A stretch of 13,497 nt of DNA from Candidatus Fervidifonticultor sextus (GCA_031459875.1 JAVKHQ010000054.1:1-13497), one strand, 5' to 3'; numbered from the stretch's first letter, positions 1 to 7,880 are shown. Translations and numbers: made by a program. Notes: generated by a model from the letters alone, not told the origin.

Positions 1-415
<415 letters not shown>

Positions 416-716
416 AAACCCTTGTGTTGCGACCTCCACTGGCGACAGTGGATGCCAAACTCGGCTGTATGCTGGGAACCCCGCAAGGATCCCGCGCTAC
501 CTGTGCAGTCTTTGCCGGCGTGTCCAGCGGCGTGCAGGTGACAACGCGGCGGGTGAGGCGGACAATCAGCAGGGAAGTCGCCCGTCGGGCGTGTGCGTGA
601 TGGGTTGACCCCTCAGAGACTACACGCCGACATCCCCCGATGGGCCGGCCGCAAGGGCCGGGTCCGGGGGGATGAAGAGATAGTCCGCGCCTCCAGGCGA
701 CTGGGGGAAACACGCG
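416..716 (+). mobile_element. Group I intron in 16S rRNA, inserted after U1498; 301 nt, no internal ORF
   Basis: Removing it restores gaagtcgt|aacaaggtagcc. The 5' exon ends in U (415) and the intron ends in G (716). P1: gtcgtaa 411-417 with ttgcgac 427-433, U415-G429 wobble at the splice site. P10: tgtt 425-428 with 3' exon aaca. P2: 435-452 with GCGA loop. P atgctgggaac (469-479) pairs with Q aatcagcagg (564-573). R tcagagactaca (613-624) and S aagagatagtcc (675-686) form P7. P3: tcggc 461-465 with gccga 626-630. P8: catccccc/gggggatg. P9: 690-707 with GCGA loop. Confidence 0.96.
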
Positions 717-761
717 AACAAGGTAGCCGTACGGGAACGTGCGGCTGGATCACCTCCTTTC
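717..761 (+). rRNA. rrs: 16S rRNA exon 2 (helix 45 and anti-Shine-Dalgarno tail)
   Basis: aacaaggtagccgtacgggaacgtgcggctggatcacctccttt. Confidence 0.98.
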
Positions 762-842
762 TAGGGAGAACATAGGGCCTGTCGTGTGTGCGGTGCACAC
801 GCTCCAGGTACCCGGCGGACTCCTTGCCACCATGGGGTTGTC

Positions 843-884
843 AAAGCGAACGCCCGCTCCGACAGGAGCGGGCGTCGTGCTTTC
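843..884 (+). terminator. Probable terminator hairpin ending the 16S transcript
   Basis: Perfect 11-bp stem acgcccgctcc-gaca-ggagcgggcgt (850-875), flanked by aaagc/gcttt; the U-tract is weak. It is preceded by ttgtcaaag (838-846), complementary to a boxA-type ctttgacaa leader and so probably the 3' strand of the 16S processing stem. Confidence 0.6.
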
Positions 885-956
885 GTCGCGTCCTGCCCTT
901 CCCCACAATCATTCCCGAACTCCATAGTGGTCGCTGCCGATGAGACTATTGAAGGG

Positions 957-1589
957 ATGGACGGCCGCGTGACCGCACCGCCTGCGCCAGAGCACGATTC
1001 GACGCTCGACGCCATCGAGACCGAGATCTCCCGTGCCACGGCGAGCGAGATCCAGGCCTATCTGCGTGGTGCTTCCCGAGACGGTACCTTCAACCGACTG
1101 CACAGGACGCTTCGGATCGCCCAAGCCGACCTCCGGTGGCTCCGGGTCCTCGGGGATCTTCTTGGACGACTTGGGAAGCGCAGTTGGCCCTCCCGCGAGG
1201 GTGCTCGACGCGTCTGGGTGATCGAGACGACCTGGCGCCCTGAGCGTTTGGCAACGGTCCGCACGAAAGGCGAAGCCGCCATGTTCGTTCGTGGCTACTT
1301 CGATACCGAAGGCGGAGTGCCGGCAGACAGCCGTGCCCGGTTCGACGTTCAGTTCGTCCAGAAGAGTCACGCGGACCTGGCTTACACCCGCGGCCTGCTC
1401 GAGTTGCTCGGAGTACGGTGCGGGCGGATCCATAATCCCAGCGCGAGACGAGACGCCGACGTCGGACCTTCGTCCCGCTTCCTTCATCCAATCCGCCGCC
1501 GACATGGAGGGGATGGTTCGATCATCTCCGCTGAACTGGTGCATACTTCGAGGCGGCCTGTTCTATGGGCCAGGCACCGGCACGGATGA
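957..1589 (+). pseudogene. Two-motif LAGLIDADG homing endonuclease, free-standing; homology breaks near 1460 and the frame runs on to a stop at 1589
   Basis: Motif 1 AYLRGASRDGT (1056-1088) and motif 2 MFVRGYFDTEGG (1281-1316), followed by beta-strand VQFVQKS and helix LAYTRGLLELLGV typical of the LAGLIDADG fold. After ~1460 the DNA belongs to an epimerase fragment in another frame. Start codon uncertain (ATG 957 or GTG 969). Confidence 0.8.
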
Positions 1590-1938
1590 CGCTTGGCGCA
1601 AGGCAGCCCGGGAAGGTACATTGCGCCTGCCCGCGGACGGTTCAGGTTTCGTTTCCTTGATCCACGTGGTCGATATGGCTCGCGCCATTGTCCGGACCGC
1701 TGAGGCCACCCCCGTACAAACGGTCTTCAACGTTGTTGACGACGAGCCTGTGACCTACCGGGACTTGTTTGGATACATAGCCGCTCAGGAAGGCGCCAAT
1801 CCTCCCGAACCCGGAGGCGATAGTGTGCTGCCTTCCCTAGCCTGCTCGAACTCAAGGATTCGCTCGGAACTGGGATGGTCGCCCGTATTCAAGACCTATC
1901 GCTCTGGTCTCGCAGCGTCCCACACAGCATCGGCCTAA
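1462..1938 (+). pseudogene. NAD-dependent epimerase/dehydratase (extended SDR), C-terminal fragment; integron cassette remnant
   Basis: ILRGGLFYGPG, SLIHVVDMARAI, VFNVVDDEPV and SNSRIRSELGWSP are extended-SDR motifs. There is no N-terminal GxxGxxG or start codon. The stop TAA lies inside the R'' box of the following attC. Confidence 0.85.
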
Positions 1939-2032
1939 CAACTCGATGGAGCCGACCCGGCCAGCTGCGAGGAATCGGGTCCATGATAGGCTCTAAGCGC
2001 TGGCCGGGCGGCTCATCTCGAGACCGTTAGGT
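1933..2032 (+). mobile_element. Integron attC site (100 bp)
   Basis: R'' gcctaac (1933-1939, RYYYAAC) and R' gttaggt (2026-2032, GTTRRRY). Arms gagccg-a-cccggccagc (1949-1965) and gctggccgggcggctc (1999-2014) pair with an extrahelical base at 1955. Confidence 0.9.
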
Positions 2033-2062
2033 TGATCCCAGACCAGAAGCGGGGAGTAGGAG

Positions 2063-2260
2063 ATGGAGTAAGGAGCCCACCTCTCGTTGGTCTCCTTCCG
2101 CGGTGAGTCGCGGACACTCGCAGACCTCCTTCACTTCACGAAATCCGCCCGCCCCAACGTGCCAAGTATCGCCGATGCGTTGGGCGGGCCCGGGTTCACG
2201 GGAAGGATCGTGTATCTGGAGGCAGGTAGCAGGACCCATCTCCCAGGCCTTGCGTGCGGC
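2063..2260 (+). pseudogene. Possible remnant of the next cassette gene (unknown function)
   Basis: SD aggag and ATG at 2063 just after the attC, with an in-frame TAA at codon 3; the frame then continues as the 2087 ORF and runs into the toxin gene. No recognisable homology. Confidence 0.3.
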
Positions 2261-2265
2261 TCGTC

Positions 2266-2550
2266 TCAGCCACGTCGCCGCTCGAGTATCGAGTACACGT
2301 CGCGCCGGTGGCGGATCGCCCATACGGTGACCGCCTGTGCCTCGATCTCATAGCAAATACGGTAGTCACCTACCCGGATTTTCCAGAGGCCGGACAGCGA
2401 ACGCCGAAGGCGCTCGCCGTATCTAGCCGGTTCCGTCATCAGCCGGGCCTCGATCGCCCTGACGATTCGTGTGCGGAGGTTCTGCGGGATGCGCGGAAGG
2501 TCTTCCTCCACGACTTCCGGCCTGTACAGCAGCGTATAGGGAGGGTCCAC
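2266..2550 (-). CDS. Type II toxin, RelE/ParE family (RelE/StbE-like mRNA interferase)
   Basis: 94 aa, basic; G..LR..LSGLWKIRVGDYRICYEI and IRHRRDVY motifs; directly downstream of the antitoxin. Confidence 0.92.
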   Translation of the reverse strand: MDPPYTLLYRPEVVEEDLPRIPQNLRTRIVRAIEARLMTEPARYGERLRRSLSGLWKIRVGDYRICYEIEAQAVTVWAIRHRRDVYSILERRRG

Positions 2551-2553
2551 CGG

Positions 2554-2790
2554 CTATCGGATGCCCAGCCGCCGCTTGAGCTCCTCATGAGGGATCGAGG
2601 GTGCGGGATTCGTCCGGCGTCGGTCGACGAGTTCCTCCAGCGCCGCGTCTTCCCGCAATTCCAAAGCCTCGCGGACGAGCTCGCGAACCTTTTGAGAGAG
2701 CGAGACGCCGTCCCGCCTTGCCAGCTTCTTGACCGCCTCGAAGAGGGGCGGTTCCAGCACCGTGTTAATCCTGGGATGCACAGAAGGCAT
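2554..2790 (-). CDS. Antitoxin with ribbon-helix-helix DNA-binding domain
   Basis: 78 aa; [37 protein letters not shown] (RHH), acidic middle, [12 protein letters not shown] tail; SD ggaggtg; 3 bp upstream of the toxin. Confidence 0.88.
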   Translation of the reverse strand: MPSVHPRINTVLEPPLFEAVKKLARRDGVSLSQKVRELVREALELREDAALEELVDRRRTNPAPSIPHEELKRRLGIR

Positions 2791-2808
2791 CGAATCACCT
2801 CCACGCGG

Positions 2809-2837
2809 AGTGTAACATAGGTGTTCAACCCTGTCCA
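2809..2837 (-). promoter_or_regulatory. Sigma70-type promoter of the TA operon
   Basis: Minus strand TGGACA-17 bp-TACACT with an extended -10 TG. Overlapping gtgtaaca/gtgttcaa repeats could be the RHH operator. Confidence 0.6.
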
Positions 2838-2875
2838 GCGATGCTCGTGTCGCGGAGACGGGTGCATCTTATCTT

Positions 2876-3290
2876 CACCCCTGCCCGTGCGGCCACCGGG
2901 GCGATCTGTCCCGGGAGTGCCTGTGCAGCCCGGCTCAGGTGGCCCGCTACCTGGCGCGGGTGTCCGGGTCGCTGCTGGACCGCATCGACCTGCACGTGGA
3001 GGTTCCCCGGGTCGCCGCCGCGGAGCTGGTCGCCGCAGGACCCAGGGAGAGCTCGGCACAGGATGCGGGCGCGGGTGCTGGCGGCCCGTGAGATCCAGGC
3101 CGGCGGCTACGGGGGCGCGCGCACCAACGGCGCGTTGAACGCCCGTCAGGTCCGGATCCTGAAGGTGGCGCGGACCATCGCCGACCTGGAGGAGGCCGAG
3201 TCCATCGCGGTCACCCACCTGGCCGAGGCGATCCAGTACCGGGCCCTGGACCGGTCGCTGCGGCTGGTGGGCGGGGGCAGGCCGGGGTGA
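2876..3290 (+). pseudogene. comM: YifB/ComM Mg-chelatase-like AAA+ ATPase, 3' fragment
   Basis: [33 protein letters not shown] from 2879, a +1 frameshift near 3060, then [16 protein letters not shown] and [21 protein letters not shown]. The N-terminal majority is missing and the segment normally between ARQV and RILKVART is deleted. The stop overlaps the dprA start. Confidence 0.9.
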
Positions 3291-4168
3291 GGAGGCTGCC
3301 CGGGCCGGTGGATGCCGTCGGTCCCGACGACCCCGGATATCCGGCGGCGCTGCGGACCATTCCCGATCCGCCGGCGCGGCTGTACGTCCGCGGGCATCTC
3401 CCGGGAGACGGCGCGGCGGCGGTGGCGGTGGTGGGGGCGCGGCGGGCGACAGTGTACGGGGTGGCCGTGGCCCGCCACCTGGCCGCCGATCTGGCCCGCT
3501 GCGGCGTGGCGGTGGTCAGCGGTCTGGCCCGCGGCATCGACGCCGCCGCCCACGAGGGGGCTCTGGACGCCGGCGGGCGGACGGTGGCGGTGCTGGGGTG
3601 CGGGCCGGATGTCGTCTACCCGCCCGAGCATGCCTCTCTGATGGCCCGGGTCATCGACGCGGGGGCGGTCCTGTCTGAATATCCACCCGGTACGCCCCCG
3701 CTGCGCCACCACTTTCCCCGACGCAACCGCCTGATCAGCGGGCTGTCCCTGGGCGTGGTGATTGTGGGAGGCCGAGAAGACAGCGGGGCCCTAATCACCG
3801 CCGACTGCGCCCTGGAGCAGGGACGGGAGGTGTCCGCGGTGCCGGGGCCGGTCACGTCCGCGACGAGCGCTTTGCCCCACCGGCTGGTGCAGCAGGGGGC
3901 CAAGCTGGTCAGGGGTGTGGAGGACATCCTCGAAGAGCTGCGCCTGCGGGTGCGTCCGCCCCCGGCGCCGCCGGCCGTGGCCCTGGCGGGGGCCGAGGCG
4001 GCGGTCTACGCGGTCCTGACGCTGGAGCCGCAGAGTCTGGACGCCCTGGTCCTGCGCAGCCGGCTGCCCGTCGCCGAGGTCAGCCGGGCCCTGGTGGCGC
4101 TGGAGCTGGCGGGGCTGGCGCGGGCGCTCCCGGGCCAGCGCTACGTGCGGACCGCCCCGGGAGACTGA
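3287..4168 (+). CDS. dprA: DNA-processing protein DprA (Smf)
   Basis: [63 protein letters not shown] and LVQQGAKLV motifs plus a C-terminal winged helix; canonical position after comM; lacks the N-terminal SAM domain. Confidence 0.95.
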   Translation: MRRLPGPVDAVGPDDPGYPAALRTIPDPPARLYVRGHLPGDGAAAVAVVGARRATVYGVAVARHLAADLARCGVAVVSGLARGIDAAAHEGALDAGGRTVAVLGCGPDVVYPPEHASLMARVIDAGAVLSEYPPGTPPLRHHFPRRNRLISGLSLGVVIVGGREDSGALITADCALEQGREVSAVPGPVTSATSALPHRLVQQGAKLVRGVEDILEELRLRVRPPPAPPAVALAGAEAAVYAVLTLEPQSLDALVLRSRLPVAEVSRALVALELAGLARALPGQRYVRTAPGD

Positions 4169-4222
4169 AGGCGCCCGTGACAGCGCGCCACGGCCGCACG
4201 ATGCACGGTTGGGGGGAACACG

Positions 4223-5476
4223 ATGCGCGCCCGGTGTGAGATCTGGATTGGGCCCGGCGAGGCGGGCAGGCTCGTCGTGCGCTTTTGCTACAGTCCCGAA
4301 GGCATCGCGAGGATCAAGACGATCCCCGGCCGCCACTGGCATCCGGAGGGAAAGTACTGGACAGTTCCTCGGACCGACAGCGCCCTCGCGCGTCTGCTGG
4401 CGGTGTTCGCCGACCGTCCCGTTGCGGTGGACCCTGCGCTTCGGCCTGGAAATCACCGCCATGATCAGGTCACGCCGGCCGCCGCGGCGGCTCCTCACCC
4501 CTTGCCCGGACCACCAGGGGTCCTGGGTCGGGTCCGCGAGGCTCTCCGCGCCCGCCACTACAGCCGGAGGACCGAGCAGGCCTATGCGGCCTGGGTTGCC
4601 CGATTCGTTGAGTTCCACGGTGGGCGCGACCCCGGCCAGTTGGGTGAGCGGGAGGTCAACGCGTTCCTGACCCACCCGGCCCTGAGCACACGTGTGGCCG
4701 CCTCGACGCAGAACCAGGCCCTGGCCGCCCTCCTCTTTCTGTACGACGGCGTGCTGCGTCGCCCGTTGGGCCGGGTCGAAGGAGTCGTGCGGGCGAGGCG
4801 CCCTCGGCGGATGCCGGTCGTGCTGACCCGCGAGGAGGTCAGAGCGGTTCTGGACGGTCTCGACGGGACCACGCGCCTGGCCTGCGCGCTGCTGTACGGC
4901 TCTGGGCTGCGCCTGCTGGAGTGCCTGCGTCTGAGAGTCAAGGACATCGACTTCCAGCGCAACGAGATCACCGTCCGTGACGGCAAAGGCGGCAAGGATC
5001 GGGTGACCATGCTGCCGGCGACCGTCAAGGCGTCGCTGCAGGCGCACCTGGAGAAGGTGCGTCGCCAGCACGAGGACGACCTGGCCCGAGGTCTCGGATG
5101 GGCCCCGCTGCCGGATGCGCTCGCCCGTAAGTACCCCAGCGCCGACCGCCAGTGGGCCTGGCAGTGGGTCTTCCCGGTGTCGTCGCATTACGTTGATGCC
5201 CACACCGGCGTGCGCCACAGGCACCATCTGCACGAATCGGTGATTCAGCGGGCGGTGAAGGAAGCCGTTCGCCGGGCGGGGCTGACGAAACCCGCCACGT
5301 GCCACACCTTCCGGCATTCGTTCGCCACACACCTCTTGGAAGACGGATACGATATCCGGACGATCCAGGAGCTGCTCGGACACAAGGACGTGAAGACCAC
5401 GATGATTTACACTCACGTGCTGAACCGCGGCGGAAAGGGCGTCCGGAGCCCGATGGACGGGCTGCACCCCGGTTGA
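4223..5476 (+). CDS. intI: Integron integrase (tyrosine recombinase) with ~100-aa N-terminal extension
   Basis: [42 protein letters not shown], the IntI-specific insertion [52 protein letters not shown] and [16 protein letters not shown]; catalytic R-K-H-R-H-Y intact. Confidence 0.97.
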   Translation: MRARCEIWIGPGEAGRLVVRFCYSPEGIARIKTIPGRHWHPEGKYWTVPRTDSALARLLAVFADRPVAVDPALRPGNHRHDQVTPAAAAAPHPLPGPPGVLGRVREALRARHYSRRTEQAYAAWVARFVEFHGGRDPGQLGEREVNAFLTHPALSTRVAASTQNQALAALLFLYDGVLRRPLGRVEGVVRARRPRRMPVVLTREEVRAVLDGLDGTTRLACALLYGSGLRLLECLRLRVKDIDFQRNEITVRDGKGGKDRVTMLPATVKASLQAHLEKVRRQHEDDLARGLGWAPLPDALARKYPSADRQWAWQWVFPVSSHYVDAHTGVRHRHHLHESVIQRAVKEAVRRAGLTKPATCHTFRHSFATHLLEDGYDIRTIQELLGHKDVKTTMIYTHVLNRGGKGVRSPMDGLHPG

Positions 5477-5494
5477 GTCCTGCTGATCTTGAGG

Positions 5495-5660
5495 GTGCTA
5501 GACTGACCGATCAGACAGTATAATACCTGGCAAGGAGGCCGGGGCAGGATGAGGGGAATTCAGATAGGACGCGTGACCGCCGGGGGGCCCGGGCGTCTGA
5601 CCCCGTCGTGTTAGGCTGACAAGAGCGGGGTGTTAGACTGGTCTGTGTAAACACAAGGGG
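5495..5660 (+). mobile_element. Probable attI region downstream of intI
   Basis: Three direct repeats gtgctagactg (5495-5505), gtgttaggctg (5608-5618) and gtgttagactg (5630-5640), two containing GTTRRRY. These are followed by taaacacaag (5648-5657), resembling attI1 taaaacaaag|tt. A perfect TATAAT lies at 5519-5524 without a good -35. Confidence 0.55.
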
Positions 5661-5667
5661 GCGTTCA

Positions 5668-5769
5668 ACCTGACAAGGTGCTGCAGCCGTCGAGCCGCTC
5701 CCGTGGGAGTCGAAGCAAGGCAAGCGGCGAGCCGCGCGTGGCCCGCGGGTGAGCGCCAAGGCGTCGGGC
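5668..5769 (+). mobile_element. Degenerate attC site (102 bp)
   Basis: R'' acctgac (5668-5674) and R' gtcgggc (5763-5769). Arms ggtgct-g-cagccg-t-cgagccgc (5677-5698) and gtggcccgcgggtgagcgcc (5738-5757) pair with two extrahelical bases and a few mismatches. Confidence 0.7.
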
Positions 5770-5788
5770 GGCTCGGAACCACAATCAA

Positions 5789-6076
5789 ATGGTTGATACA
5801 CGTGTTCAACTAGAGGTCGAAGACTGGGTGCGCCAGAACTGGATGCCGAAGCAGTTTGGGCAGCAGTTCCGACGCGAGCGAATTCGACTTACTTCCGGCG
5901 GCTTCACCGTGCTCACGGATCCCGGCATGCACCAGCTCTGTCTCAAGGAGAAAGAGGGCGCCCGAGTACCACCTTCAATCGAGTTCCGGCTCGCGCCGGT
6001 CCCAACGGAGCTTCATGAGAGTCTGCGCCGCGCGCAGAGCGCCTCGCGAGAAGTGCGCCCGAGGCGTGACACATAA
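5789..6076 (+). CDS. Hypothetical cassette protein, possibly internally deleted
   Basis: 95-aa ORF starting 20 bp after the attC, protein-like composition, less GC-biased codons than the flanking genes. The abrupt change at SGGF|TVLTD suggests a missing middle. Confidence 0.6.
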   Translation: MVDTRVQLEVEDWVRQNWMPKQFGQQFRRERIRLTSGGFTVLTDPGMHQLCLKEKEGARVPPSIEFRLAPVPTELHESLRRAQSASREVRPRRDT

Positions 6077-6137
6077 TCGGCAGGGCCGCCTGACCAGCGC
6101 ATAAAGCCCTGCTCTACGGGGCTAAAGAGGGTTTCCG

Positions 6138-6993
6138 ATGAAAGACTGGCAGGTCAAAGTAGGTGGCGACCGTGAGCTCGCGTGCACAGATATTGGTGAG
6201 CGCGGTTGGCCCTGCGTTTTGTTCTTCCACGGTGCGCCCTCGAGCCGCCTGCGCCTCGCCTACCTGGAACAACAATTTTCTAGCCGAGGGCATCCGGGTT
6301 GTCTCACCCGATCGCCCTGGCTACGGGAGGTCGTCGCCGCAGCCGGGTCGGGCGATGACCGATTGGCCCTCGGACGTCGCTGTCCTCGCGGATGCGCTGG
6401 GACTCGGCCGCTTTGTCGTTGCCGGCCACTCGGGCGGTGGTCCATATGCGGTGATGTGTGCCGCGCTGCTCCCGGAGCGTGTGTCGGCAGGCATCATCCT
6501 GGGTGGCGTGACGGACATGGGGTGGCCCGACGCCTGGAAGGGGTACCTCGACAGCGAGGTTCTTCTCATGCGCATGCCTGACGAGGAAGCGGCTATCGCC
6601 TGGTGCGTGGAACGCTATGGCGCAGACGGGAGTGGGTTCCTGTCCGCATCTGGTATCGCGTTTACGGGACCCGACGCGCGACTGTATGCGGACGAAGAGG
6701 TCGCGCCCCTTCTGGCTTCGTCTCGTGCTGAGGCCTTTCGGCAGGGCGTGGCAGGATACGCTCAAGACCTCTTCATCCAGGGCCGCCCGTGGCCGTTCGA
6801 CCCAGGCACTATCACCTCACCGATCCATGTCGTCCACGGTGCGTTGGACACACTCCTCCCCCTGGCACACAGCCGCCACACCGCGGAAGTGGTTCCGGGA
6901 TCTATTCTGCGCGTGTTTCCCGCACATGGGCACTTTACCATCCTGAGTGAGCTCCCGACGATGGCGTCGGCTTTGGTGCGTTCGTTGTCCTAG
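6138..6993 (+). pseudogene. Alpha/beta hydrolase split by a single frameshift
   Basis: MKDW..VLFFHGAPSSR in the 6138 frame continues as GIRVVSPDRPGYGRS, GHSGGG (nucleophile elbow), HGALD and HGH in the 6163 frame. Removing one T from tttt 6276-6279 joins them. Confidence 0.88.
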
Positions 6994-7081
6994 GTCAGGA
7001 TGCTGACGCTCGCATCCCCGCTGATCACGGGCTGATGCGGGCGTACACGGTCGGAGCCTATCGGTGGGCTGGAGGGATATG

Positions 7082-7843
7082 ATGTACCGGACGGACATGT
7101 ACGAGGGAATGCTCGCGGAGACCGTCACGGTTCACGGCGCGGGCGGCGACCTCATCACCGCCTACGTCGCCCGGCCGCTGGGTCCCGGGCCCTTTCCCGG
7201 CATCGTCGTGATCCACCACATGCCCGGCTGGGATGAGTGGTACCGCGAGGCCACGCGGAGGTTCGCCCATCACGGCTACGCGGCGCTGTCGCCCAATCTC
7301 TACCATCGCGACGGCCACGGGACCCCGGAGGACGTGGCGGCAAAGGTGCGGGCCGCAGGCGGGGTTCCCGACGACCAGGTGGTGGGCGACGTGGAGGGGG
7401 CGATGCGCTATCTGCGCTCGTTGCCCTACCTCAACGGCAGGGTCGGCGTGTTCGGTACCTGCTCGGGGGGCCGGCACGCCTTTCTGGCGGCGTGTCGGGT
7501 GAGCGGGTTTGACGCGGCGGTGGACTGCTGGGGTGGGCGCGTGGTGATGTCGCCGGAGGAACTCACGTCGAAGCAGCCCGTGGCTCCCATCGAGTACACC
7601 AAGGACCTTTCGTGTCCGCTCCTGGGCCTCTTCGGCGAAGAGGATCGGAGCCCCTCGCCAGAGCAGGTCGGCCTGCACGAACAGGAACTCCAGAAACACG
7701 GCAAGACCTACGAGTTCCACATGTATCCGAACGCGGGGCATGGCTTCTTCTACTACGACCGGCCGGCCTACAGGCCGCAGCAGGCGGTGGACGGGTGGCA
7801 GAAGGTGTTTGCCTTCCTCGAGAAGTATCTCAAGACGCCGTGA
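7082..7843 (+). CDS. Dienelactone hydrolase family protein
   Basis: PGIVVIHH, GVFGTCSGG (nucleophile Cys), LGLFGEED and YPNAGHGF; SD ggaggg at 7071-7076. Confidence 0.93.
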   Translation: MYRTDMYEGMLAETVTVHGAGGDLITAYVARPLGPGPFPGIVVIHHMPGWDEWYREATRRFAHHGYAALSPNLYHRDGHGTPEDVAAKVRAAGGVPDDQVVGDVEGAMRYLRSLPYLNGRVGVFGTCSGGRHAFLAACRVSGFDAAVDCWGGRVVMSPEELTSKQPVAPIEYTKDLSCPLLGLFGEEDRSPSPEQVGLHEQELQKHGKTYEFHMYPNAGHGFFYYDRPAYRPQQAVDGWQKVFAFLEKYLKTP

Positions 7844-7880
7844 GTGTGCGCGAGATGTTCGTCCGAAAGGAGCACGACAC

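Noticed and set aside
762..950. Spacer tRNA (Ile/Ala) after the 16S
   Set aside because: No cloverleaf, T-loop GTTCRA or CCA end visible
903..950. acaatca and gagacta upstream of the endonuclease resembling intron Q and R elements
   Set aside because: Matches are only 7 nt and the pairing partners (P, S, P3) are absent, so this is not distinguishable from chance
1291..1461. N-terminal part of the 215-aa ORF 1291-1938 as a genuine gene start
   Set aside because: It is an alternative frame of the LAGLIDADG sequence; epimerase similarity only begins near 1462
2791..2880. attC closing the TA module as a cassette
   Set aside because: No RYYYAAC...GTTRRRY pair with complementary arms was found
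4169..4222. LexA/SOS box upstream of intI
   Set aside because: Neither CTGT-N8-ACAG nor GAAC-N4-GTTC is present
3791..5467. 558-aa minus-strand ORF
   Set aside because: Antisense shadow of intI/dprA, typical for high-GC genes; no motifs
5495..5640. CRISPR array from the three direct repeats
   Set aside because: Repeats are only 11 bp, irregularly spaced, and no cas genes are present
6077..6137. Complete attC between the hypothetical gene and the hydrolase
   Set aside because: Only an R''-like gcctgac and a short gcagggc/gccctgc inverted repeat; no matching right arm or R' box, so at most a remnant
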